Below, one piece after another: positions 9,782-17,196 of a stretch of 39,177 bases of DNA (its first letter is position 1; every line of letters begins with the position of its first letter). The position numbers and the translations under genes were made by a program. The stretch covers positions 1-39,177 of the forward strand of contig CALBME010000086.1 of assembly GCA_937896295.1 (NCBI GenBank). The letters are read 5' to 3'. This stretch comes from an uncultured Micavibrio sp. Lineage in GTDB: Bacteria > Pseudomonadota > Alphaproteobacteria > Micavibrionales > UBA1664. The notes beneath the pieces were generated by a model. That model did not search any database and had not been told where the DNA came from. It saw nothing but the letters and a program-made list of their open reading frames with translations.

Positions 9782-10324
9782 TCACAGCAATTTGGTGTAA
9801 TACCGGCCCGGCACAAAGGCGCCGTTGATATGCGCATAATAAGGGTGCGTACCGATTTGACGGTATCCGGCAGACTCGTACAGCTTGATGGCGGCGTCCA
9901 TGGTTTCCCGCACATCCAGATTGATGACATTGTGACCCATGTTGCGTGCTTCGCTTTCTGCATGATCCAGAAGCATGCGTGACAGTCCGCGCCCGCGTGC
10001 CCACGGCGATACAAAAAGTCCGGTCAGCTGTACCGCGTGTCTCTGCGCCTCGTTATTCTGTGTCGGGCGGATCAGCTGGCATGTACCGCACACGACACCG
10101 TCGAGACGGGCGAGAAACAGCGCGCGCAGCGGCATGGCCGCCACGCCCTGCCAGAAACGTTCCAGCACATCGCGTGAGGGTAATTCCACCCATCCGAAGC
10201 CGCCGCCTGCCTTGATGGCGGCATCAGTCGCATCGCACAGGTCGTTGAGATCGCTGGACGCAATCGTATGCTCAACGCGTTCGACGGCCAGCAGCGGGCT
10301 TTTATGTTGTACGGATTGTTCCAT
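9782..10324 (-). CDS. GNAT-family N-acetyltransferase
   Basis: Acetyl-CoA binding motif 'RGRGLSRMLLDHAESEAR'. About 180 aa. Confidence 0.8.
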   Translation of the reverse strand: MEQSVQHKSPLLAVERVEHTIASSDLNDLCDATDAAIKAGGGFGWVELPSRDVLERFWQGVAAMPLRALFLARLDGVVCGTCQLIRPTQNNEAQRHAVQLTGLFVSPWARGRGLSRMLLDHAESEARNMGHNVINLDVRETMDAAIKLYESAGYRQIGTHPYYAHINGAFVPGRYYTKLL

Positions 10325-10404
10325 TGTTCATTAATGATAGCGCGGAACAGGTGAAAAAAAAGAAAAGGTTTGCTGCAATTGAATATTGCGTTGCCGCACG
10401 TTTT

Positions 10405-11562
10405 TTACTTGGCGGACAGGTGCTGTCCGCGTGCTCCGCGGCGGTGGCCCTTGCGTGGCCGGTCGGCAAAAAGATGCAGCTGGCGCGACGGATTGGCGTC
10501 ACGCGCCTGCCCGCGGGTCAGGCGTTCTGATCCGACCACGCCCATGGCGCTGCGCGTATCGATGGTCAGGGTCAGGAACAGCGGCTTGCCGTGCAATCCG
10601 TGCGGTTGCCCCTCTATCCTGCGTTGTACGTCTTTCAGCTGGTTCGCGGTCATTTTTGGTGTCGCTACCACCCACAGGCGCGGACCCTTGTCCAGCATGG
10701 TCTGGTTGGTGACGGTATAGACATGGGAATCGAGACCCAGCTTGACCTGATATTCGATCGGCGCATGGATCGTCATTTTCTGGCCCCACAGGTCGGAATC
10801 GGTGACGCTGCGCGCCAGTTCCTGTTGCCGCGGTGTGGCCTCGAATAAAAACAGGCGCGGCGTATCGCCATAAAACTGATTCTGCGTGCGGCTGTCGCGC
10901 CAGCGTTTGTAAATCGCATTCACCACGTTCTGGATGCGCGCGGGCTCACCCGCGACGACAAAGCGGGCGCATGACTGCACCGCTTCCTGATTGTTGAAGA
11001 ACAGCTGGTGCAGGCCTTCTTTGCCCTTAAGCTGTTTGGCGACCTGCAGGTAATGCAGGATGTCGGTAATGTCGCGGGCCGGTACCGAAAGCGCGTTGGG
11101 ATGCTGCGACATCCAGGCATCCTTGTGCCAGAGCCCGCTACGCGGGTCGCTGACGGCCGTATTGAAGCGCGCGGCAAGCCCGCCAAAGCCGATTGAAAAA
11201 TTGATGTTCACGCGGATGGGGCGCCCATCCAGCAAGGCCTGTTTGAAGCTGACGACATGTTCCGCCATGTGCGGATCATTCCGGTATTCGCAGTCGGGCG
11301 CATGATCCTCGATCGCATGCGATCGCCAGTGCGGTACGCGCAGCTGGATATTGCCGTTGGCTGGGATCGCCTGCGCCCGGAAGCGGTCCGGCAGGTCGTC
11401 GCTGTCGTTGATGCCAGAGACATGGATAAGCCGCGCGTCGCAGTCGGGGCATCGCACCCGCCCTGCATCGGTCAGTTTGCGGTATTCGTCCTTGGACAAC
11501 TCATCCGCAAGGATGGGGTCGCCGTCGTGACCTTGACTGTCTGTAAGCCGTCCTACAAGCAT
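10405..11562 (-). CDS. hypothetical protein with an N-terminal CoiA-like zinc finger (385 aa)
   Basis: 'CPDCDARLIHVSG ... PHWRSHAIEDHAPDC' forms a CxxC...HxxxH...C pattern. Good coding codon usage throughout. The basic C-terminal tail is uncertain. Confidence 0.6.
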   Translation of the reverse strand: MLVGRLTDSQGHDGDPILADELSKDEYRKLTDAGRVRCPDCDARLIHVSGINDSDDLPDRFRAQAIPANGNIQLRVPHWRSHAIEDHAPDCEYRNDPHMAEHVVSFKQALLDGRPIRVNINFSIGFGGLAARFNTAVSDPRSGLWHKDAWMSQHPNALSVPARDITDILHYLQVAKQLKGKEGLHQLFFNNQEAVQSCARFVVAGEPARIQNVVNAIYKRWRDSRTQNQFYGDTPRLFLFEATPRQQELARSVTDSDLWGQKMTIHAPIEYQVKLGLDSHVYTVTNQTMLDKGPRLWVVATPKMTANQLKDVQRRIEGQPHGLHGKPLFLTLTIDTRSAMGVVGSERLTRGQARDANPSRQLHLFADRPRKGHRRGARGQHLSAK

Positions 11563-11668
11563 GCCTGTCTGTATATTCTATGTAAAATAAAATTACAAAT
11601 TCAGCGTCTTAACCATTTCTAACTAACCCGCGTCGTCCTATCCGGCAACCATTCCTTGCGCTTTCGGG

Positions 11669-13645
11669 ATGTCCTGTGCTTGCATCAAACAAAAAGAAGA
11701 ACAGGGAATTTCAATGAGTAAGGGGCTTGAACCCGAAGATTGTCTTCGCGGCCACCAGATCATTCCGACCGCCCGCATCGAGGCCATGCTCCGGCGTGAG
11801 GGCTTCGAGCTGCGCGATAATCACGGCGGCACCTCGCATCGCCGCTATATTCATAACAGGTATCATGAGATCGCGCTCAACGTCATCGCGGGTACTGACA
11901 AGCGGGATACACAGGTAAGGGCGGCCAAGGCTGTTATGCATGTCCGCGCCCTTGGTCATAAAAAAACGCCTTCCCCTCATGATCTCTGGCTGCGGCAGGT
12001 GGCGGCATCTATCGATTCCGCACGCGAAAGTTATGACATCGCAGAAGACGCACTCATCGTCACGCTCCCCGATCAGCCGCTGATTGGCATGACAGTGCCG
12101 TTTGATGTATGCGCGGCCACCGCGGTGCAGCTGATTGAAACCATGCGCCGCAACGCGCGCGACGTCACGCAAACGCTGGATCGGTTGGGCCGGGAATACG
12201 GCATCCTGACGGAAACTGACCCGGACAACACCCTGCACGCCTATCATCCCGCATGGCGCACCGCCATTCACCTGAAACCTTTCGGTGAAACGGATAGGGA
12301 TCCGCTGGTCATTCTCGCTGGGTGGGAAGACATCTTGCGCGAACAAAAACAGGTCAGCGAAAAAACAACGGCGCTGGAGAAAATGGCGTCCATGCTTGCG
12401 GCCCGCTGGCCGGATGATGAAATCGTGATCGCGCATGGGACTGTCGTGGTTCGCGACGGCGCATGGCCAGAAATGGGAATCACCCTGACGTTGAAGACCA
12501 CGCCCGCGGACATCGATGCAAAATACCGGCGTCTCAAAAAAAACGCGCATGATTTTGCCGCGCGCATCGGCAGGCTGGAAAACGAATTCGAATTCAGGAC
12601 GCGCCGGGGGAAAAAGCGAAGCTTTTATATCGACCACATGGTGTACGAACACATGTCGGCCGTCATTCACCGCTATGGGCGCGGCGGCGACAACCGCAAG
12701 GCCTTCGACGTTCTCGCGCGTCTTGAAGAAGCCGTGTGTGAACGGGATAAGGAATTCAAGGCGAATGAAAGCGACGCCGGTTCCATCCGCATCCATTGCA
12801 AGAATTATACAACCCGCGAACAGGACGGGCTTCTCGTGCACGATGGCGATTTTTATCAGCCGGGCACGCGCCACCGCCAGCGCATACATTTTGTCGAAAC
12901 ACCGCAGGGTCGGCGCTCTATCGCACAGGACAGCGCCCTTTATCAGACCCTTCTGCTGGCGTGTACCCATGACTTTGAGCATGCGGTCCGTGCACAGGGT
13001 TTTCGGGCGGAACGTATTCCCGGCGGCCTGAGGCTGACTCACATGTATTATGACGGTATCAGTGTGGATATGCCGCATTATGACGAAGTGCGCGGCATGG
13101 TCGGCGGATTTAAGGCATTGGGTGAAAAATGCCTGCATGCGCGTGATTTCAAAGCCGTGCTGGCCGAATACGTGGAAGCCCAGAAACGCACGTTTGACGG
13201 TTTCCTGGGTGTAATGAAAGAGGCAAACAGGCTGACCCGCATCCGTTTCCAGGAACTGGACGCAGAATTCAGGGCGCTGAACGCCGAGCTCGAGAAAAAA
13301 TACGGCTATAAATGCAGGCAGATGGGCGCGGGAAAAAATGCGTATCTGCAATATATGGTGATGGGCAAGCCGCGCGGGCTTGGCCCTGCGCAATTCACGG
13401 TGCCCGTCGCCTGCATCGGCGAAAAGGGGCATGAACTGCACCTCTTCACGCCCGAAACGATAAAGACCCTGCGCGATCTTCTCGCAAAACAGCATCCTCC
13501 GGCACCATTCAGGGCCGCGCCTTCAAGGCCGCAGAGAGCGATCATGGATGCGATTTTATCGCTGTCGCCGCAGAAAGATATAAAAGGCCCCGTGGCCGCC
13601 GTCCCGCTGCCGCGCGGGAACAGCCTTCAGCACAAAATCTTTTAA
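11669..13645 (+). CDS. hypothetical protein built of repeated HicA/YcfA-like modules (658 aa)
   Basis: N-terminal 'IEAMLRREGFELRDNHGGTSHRRYIH' resembles HicA (L..GF...GSH). Similar degenerate modules recur downstream. An alternative start at 11714 (MSKGLEP) has an AGGGA Shine-Dalgarno. The last 90 nt overlap the convergent Smr gene. Confidence 0.6.
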   Translation: MSCACIKQKEEQGISMSKGLEPEDCLRGHQIIPTARIEAMLRREGFELRDNHGGTSHRRYIHNRYHEIALNVIAGTDKRDTQVRAAKAVMHVRALGHKKTPSPHDLWLRQVAASIDSARESYDIAEDALIVTLPDQPLIGMTVPFDVCAATAVQLIETMRRNARDVTQTLDRLGREYGILTETDPDNTLHAYHPAWRTAIHLKPFGETDRDPLVILAGWEDILREQKQVSEKTTALEKMASMLAARWPDDEIVIAHGTVVVRDGAWPEMGITLTLKTTPADIDAKYRRLKKNAHDFAARIGRLENEFEFRTRRGKKRSFYIDHMVYEHMSAVIHRYGRGGDNRKAFDVLARLEEAVCERDKEFKANESDAGSIRIHCKNYTTREQDGLLVHDGDFYQPGTRHRQRIHFVETPQGRRSIAQDSALYQTLLLACTHDFEHAVRAQGFRAERIPGGLRLTHMYYDGISVDMPHYDEVRGMVGGFKALGEKCLHARDFKAVLAEYVEAQKRTFDGFLGVMKEANRLTRIRFQELDAEFRALNAELEKKYGYKCRQMGAGKNAYLQYMVMGKPRGLGPAQFTVPVACIGEKGHELHLFTPETIKTLRDLLAKQHPPAPFRAAPSRPQRAIMDAILSLSPQKDIKGPVAAVPLPRGNSLQHKIF

Positions 13646-14074
13646 GGGCGCCTCGTTGACCCATTCCTGAATGCGCGCGCGTAGAATGCCGCGCCCGTCT
13701 TTACCTTTGCCGGTAATCGCAAGAACGCATCGGTAACCCCGCCTGCGCGCCTCGCTTAGAAAACGTAAAAAAGCATCATGTGCTGCCGCCTGGCCATGTC
13801 CGTGCAGGTCGATGGTGGCCTCGATCTCCATCTGCCCGCGCACCAGTTTCTGTTCCGTGCGCCGGTCCATGTCCCGGCCTTGCGGGGCTGTCATCACGGG
13901 CGTTCTGACGGGAGCTGCCCGGGCGGCGGCGGTGCGCGGCGCGGCCTTGACCGTGCCGGTGGGCGACAGCGGCGGGGCAGGGGCCTTGCGGCCTTTCAGC
14001 GGCGTGATGTCGGCTGCGACCAGGGCCCAGAGCCCTTCTTCATCAACCCCTCCGTCTTTGCCGCGCCGTGCCAT
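13556..14074 (-). CDS. Smr-domain protein
   Basis: 'TIDLHGH' and 'ITGKGKDG' Smr motifs at the C-terminus. ATG at 14074 preferred. The ORF-track TTG start is at 14098. Confidence 0.85.
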   Translation of the reverse strand: MARRGKDGGVDEEGLWALVAADITPLKGRKAPAPPLSPTGTVKAAPRTAAARAAPVRTPVMTAPQGRDMDRRTEQKLVRGQMEIEATIDLHGHGQAAAHDAFLRFLSEARRRGYRCVLAITGKGKDGRGILRARIQEWVNEAPLKDFVLKAVPARQRDGGHGAFYIFLRRQR

Positions 14075-14157
14075 GTGCGTGCCACATCTCTCTTCCAAAA
14101 TGACTATTCCTGCATTAACGATATAATACCCGCCACGTCAAAGATGGAATATATCCG

Positions 14158-14922
14158 ATGATCCGCGCGCTGATGCTTGTATGTGCCCTTATGCTGGCGA
14201 CGCCCGCCTTTGCACAGACCGCGCCCGTCCCCGGGGCCAATGCGCCGGTGACCGCCCCCGTAACGCCGGACCCTGGCCCGCCGCTGCTGATGCTGACGCG
14301 GGGCAAGCCCACCCATCCCGAACGTCTGGTCATGCTCTGGTACAAAATGGTCGGGCAGACGCCGGACTTCATGGCGTGGGCCAAAAAGTCGCCTTTCCTG
14401 AAAAAGGCGCATGCTGATGATTACGACACCATCGTCAACAACGAAACCAACCGCCTTCAGCAGGAATGGAACGAATTCGATCCCACCGATATGATCAACG
14501 TGCAGGTGCGGATCAATCTGAACCGTTACAGCACGCTTCAGGAAATGCTGACGCTTAATGAATTCACGCCCAGCACGTTTTTCAGCTTCATGATGTACGA
14601 CATCAATGTCGCCATCGTTCCGCAAGGCATTGCCGAATTTCACAAAATGAAAAAGTCCAAGGCCGAAATGAACACGATGCTGGAAAAGGCGGGCGGCGGA
14701 CAGGTCACTGCTGAAATCCTTCTCAAGCCCATTCAGGCCGACAGCAAGACGCCGTTTCGCCACAACAAGCTTTCCTACTGGCTGATCCTTGGTAAGATTC
14801 AGGAAATGCGCTTCTGGTCTACGGCCAATAATCAGGACACGTTGTTGTGGATGCACCGTGCCGATGACTATCATCCGGCTGAGGATAAAAGCCTTCTCGA
14901 TCTCAAGGCGGGCGCCCAATGA
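14158..14922 (+). CDS. secreted hypothetical protein (254 aa)
   Basis: Signal peptide 'MIRALMLVCALMLATPAFA/Q'. Coding codon usage. ATGA coupling to the next ORF. Confidence 0.65.
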   Translation: MIRALMLVCALMLATPAFAQTAPVPGANAPVTAPVTPDPGPPLLMLTRGKPTHPERLVMLWYKMVGQTPDFMAWAKKSPFLKKAHADDYDTIVNNETNRLQQEWNEFDPTDMINVQVRINLNRYSTLQEMLTLNEFTPSTFFSFMMYDINVAIVPQGIAEFHKMKKSKAEMNTMLEKAGGGQVTAEILLKPIQADSKTPFRHNKLSYWLILGKIQEMRFWSTANNQDTLLWMHRADDYHPAEDKSLLDLKAGAQ

Positions 14923-15482
14923 TATCGCGCATCGACCAGCAGCCGAATATTCCAAAGGCGCCGGTCGATCCGCGCAAGACGGATGAATCGGATACAAGGC
15001 AGGCGCTGCACCGTCACGATCCTGAATTCTATAAAAAGAAAGATGACGATCAGGAGCAACCCGGCTTCCGCGACCCTTACGAGGATCTCACGGACGTCTC
15101 CGTACCGGCACTTAAAAATTTCCTGATGAATCTTCTCGATAAAATCGGCGGAATGAGCGCCCCGTCGCCGCAACAGGTGCCTTCCGCCGATCAGACGCGC
15201 GCGGCATCGTCGCCGCAGGCTGCGGCTGCTGTCAGCGCTTATCAGACCGGCGCGCGGCGCGGCGTTTCAACCCCGCCGCCGCTCGCCCCGGTGCCGGTAT
15301 CCGACGCCCCGGCTACGGCATTCGAACAGGCGGCTGCGGGACTTGAGCGCGCCGACGTGCTGGAACTGATCCGCGAACTTGACCGCCTGTATGGCGATGG
15401 CATCACCGCCATCGCGCTGGAAAAGGGCGATGGCTTCCTTGCGTCAATTCGCGCAGGGATAGATCGGGCGCGTGGCATTTAA
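14919..15482 (+). CDS. hypothetical protein with an acidic N-terminus and a Pro/Ala-rich centre (187 aa)
   Basis: Start overlaps the stop of the upstream ORF (ATGA). G/C-rich third positions. No motif recognised. Confidence 0.55.
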   Translation: MISRIDQQPNIPKAPVDPRKTDESDTRQALHRHDPEFYKKKDDDQEQPGFRDPYEDLTDVSVPALKNFLMNLLDKIGGMSAPSPQQVPSADQTRAASSPQAAAAVSAYQTGARRGVSTPPPLAPVPVSDAPATAFEQAAAGLERADVLELIRELDRLYGDGITAIALEKGDGFLASIRAGIDRARGI

Positions 15483-15651
15483 TCCTAAAAAATAACTGAC
15501 GCATTCTGATACGATTCAGATAGAATCAGTTTCAGGTACAGTCATCGTCAGTTTTCAAGGGGCTCCCCCGTATTGACCAATTTGTTGCACCTCTCCTTCA
15601 GTTTCTCCGGCACCGGTCCGGGTGCGCCTTCTGCAAAATACGCTGTGATCC

Positions 15652-15678
15652 AAAACCTCCCTGTCATGGAGGTTTTTT
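15652..15678 (+). terminator. Rho-independent terminator-like hairpin
   Basis: AAAACCTCC-ctgtcat-GGAGGTTTT followed by TT. A 9-bp stem running into a T tract, about 170 nt downstream of the nearest + strand stop. Confidence 0.5.
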
Positions 15679-15736
15679 GCATTTAAGTCCTTTCGCCTGA
15701 CTCTGTCCTTCAAACCCCTACAAAGGAAACCGCCCT

Positions 15737-16498
15737 ATGTCGAAAATGTCCCGGAAAGAAAAGCACGCCAACTTCCGCAGCATTAAGGGTGGCAAGGACC
15801 GCCTGACCGGAGGGTCCGCCTTCAACGACACCTGGGATCCGATGGCCGAGGAAATCGACCGCAACCGCGACCAGTCCTATATCAAGCGCGTCAAGCCCCG
15901 CACCGAAGGACAGAAAGTGCTGATGGATGCGATCAACGAACATGCCATGACGCTGGCCATCGGGCCCGCGGGTTCGGGCAAGACGTATCTGGCCATTTCC
16001 GCCGCGGTGGAGGCGCTGGAAGACAACAAGATCGACCGTATCATTCTGTCGCGCCCCGCGATGGAGGCTGGTGAAAGCATCGGATACCTGCCCGGCGACA
16101 TGCACGAAAAAATGGCGCCGTATCTGCGTCCGCTTTACGACGCCCTTGGCGATCGCCTCGGCGGCAAGCGCGTGCGTCAGTACATGGACGAAGGCACGAT
16201 TGAAATCGCGCCGATCGGGTTCATGCGCGGACGTACGCTCAACAATGCCTTCATCGTGGTCGACGAGGCGCAGAACTGCACCTTCCAGCAGCTTAAAATG
16301 CTGCTCTCGCGTCTGGGCTGGAACTCCACCATGGTGGTCACGGGCGATCCGGACCAGAGCGATCTTCTGCCCGGCATGTCGGGTCTTGCCCAGGTGGCGG
16401 CCAAGCTTGAGAACTGCCGGAATGTAGGCATCGTCAATCTGAAGGCGTGTGACATTGTCCGCCATCCGCTGGTTGCCGAAATGCTGGCAGTGCTTTAA
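15737..16498 (+). CDS. PhoH-family ATPase (short form)
   Basis: Walker A 'GPAGSGKTYLA', Walker B 'FIVVDEAQN' and 'VTGDPDQSDL'. Confidence 0.9.
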   Translation: MSKMSRKEKHANFRSIKGGKDRLTGGSAFNDTWDPMAEEIDRNRDQSYIKRVKPRTEGQKVLMDAINEHAMTLAIGPAGSGKTYLAISAAVEALEDNKIDRIILSRPAMEAGESIGYLPGDMHEKMAPYLRPLYDALGDRLGGKRVRQYMDEGTIEIAPIGFMRGRTLNNAFIVVDEAQNCTFQQLKMLLSRLGWNSTMVVTGDPDQSDLLPGMSGLAQVAAKLENCRNVGIVNLKACDIVRHPLVAEMLAVL

Positions 16499-16507
16499 AT
16501 AGCGGGT

Positions 16508-17122
16508 GTGAACAGACACCGCGCAACCCGTTTACTGATTTCCGTTCTGGTCGGCGTTTTATGCGCCGGCCTGATCGGCTATATGCAAAGCCGCGCGCCG
16601 GGGGCGGGCGGTGCGCAGAACGGTTACGTCGGCCAGAAGTTCGGCGGCGATTTCACCGGGCTCACCGACCATAATGGTACCCCGCTGACGAAGGATGCAT
16701 TCCCCGGCCAGTACCAGCTTGTGTTTTTCGGCTTTACCAACTGTCCGGCTGTCTGCCCTGCCGAACTTCAGAAAATCACCTATGTGCTGAAAAACCTGCC
16801 GCCGGAAAAACGCACAAAACTCAAGCCCATCCTGATCACTGTTGACCCCGAACGCGACACGCCGGGCGTCCTGAAATCCTATATCTCTGTCTTCGACCCG
16901 GCGATTGCCGGCGTCACCGGCACCCGCGCGCGGATCGACCGGCTGATTTCCGATTGGAAAATCTATGCCGCCAGGGTCCCGCTGGAAGATGGCGGCTATA
17001 CCATGGACCATTCCGCATTTCTGTATCTGCGCGACCCGGAAGGCCGCCTGATGGCCGTATATCCGCATGAGGAAACGCCTGACGCATTGCTTCAGGCCGT
17101 CAGCGCCCAGCTGGGCGGGTAA
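16508..17122 (+). CDS. SCO1/SenC-family copper chaperone (thioredoxin fold)
   Basis: N-terminal TM anchor, 'FGFTNCPAVCP' CxxxC motif and downstream 'MDHSAF' His. GTG start 10 nt after the PhoH-like gene. Confidence 0.9.
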   Translation: MNRHRATRLLISVLVGVLCAGLIGYMQSRAPGAGGAQNGYVGQKFGGDFTGLTDHNGTPLTKDAFPGQYQLVFFGFTNCPAVCPAELQKITYVLKNLPPEKRTKLKPILITVDPERDTPGVLKSYISVFDPAIAGVTGTRARIDRLISDWKIYAARVPLEDGGYTMDHSAFLYLRDPEGRLMAVYPHEETPDALLQAVSAQLGG

Positions 17123-17129
17123 ACAAGCT

Positions 17130-17159
17130 TTGCCAAAACGCCTCAAAATTTGTTAAAAT
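17130..17159 (+). promoter_or_regulatory. candidate sigma-70-type promoter
   Basis: TTGCCA, 18-nt spacer, TAAAAT. Lies about 38 nt upstream of the ATG at 17197 in an AT-rich spacer. Confidence 0.3.
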
Positions 17160-17196
17160 AATAAAAAACAGGGCTACAAGGGCTTAGAGGGCTTTA

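Noticed and set aside
10324-10530. 68-aa + strand ORF with high GC3 and a hydrophobic stretch, overlapping the 3' end of the 385-aa gene; plus an 8-bp hairpin at 10412-10430
   Set aside because: It begins inside the GNAT start region on the opposite strand and has no Shine-Dalgarno. The hairpin has its T run on the wrong side to terminate either strand. It casts some doubt on the last ~40 codons of the 385-aa ORF, but not enough to call a gene.
11711-13495. 594-aa minus-strand ORF opposite the 658-aa gene
   Set aside because: Shadow frame. It has no motifs and an unnatural composition, whereas the + frame has a Shine-Dalgarno, protein-like sequence and internal repeats.
15710-16519. 269-aa minus-strand ORF opposite the PhoH-like gene
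   Set aside because: The PhoH motifs on the + strand are decisive.
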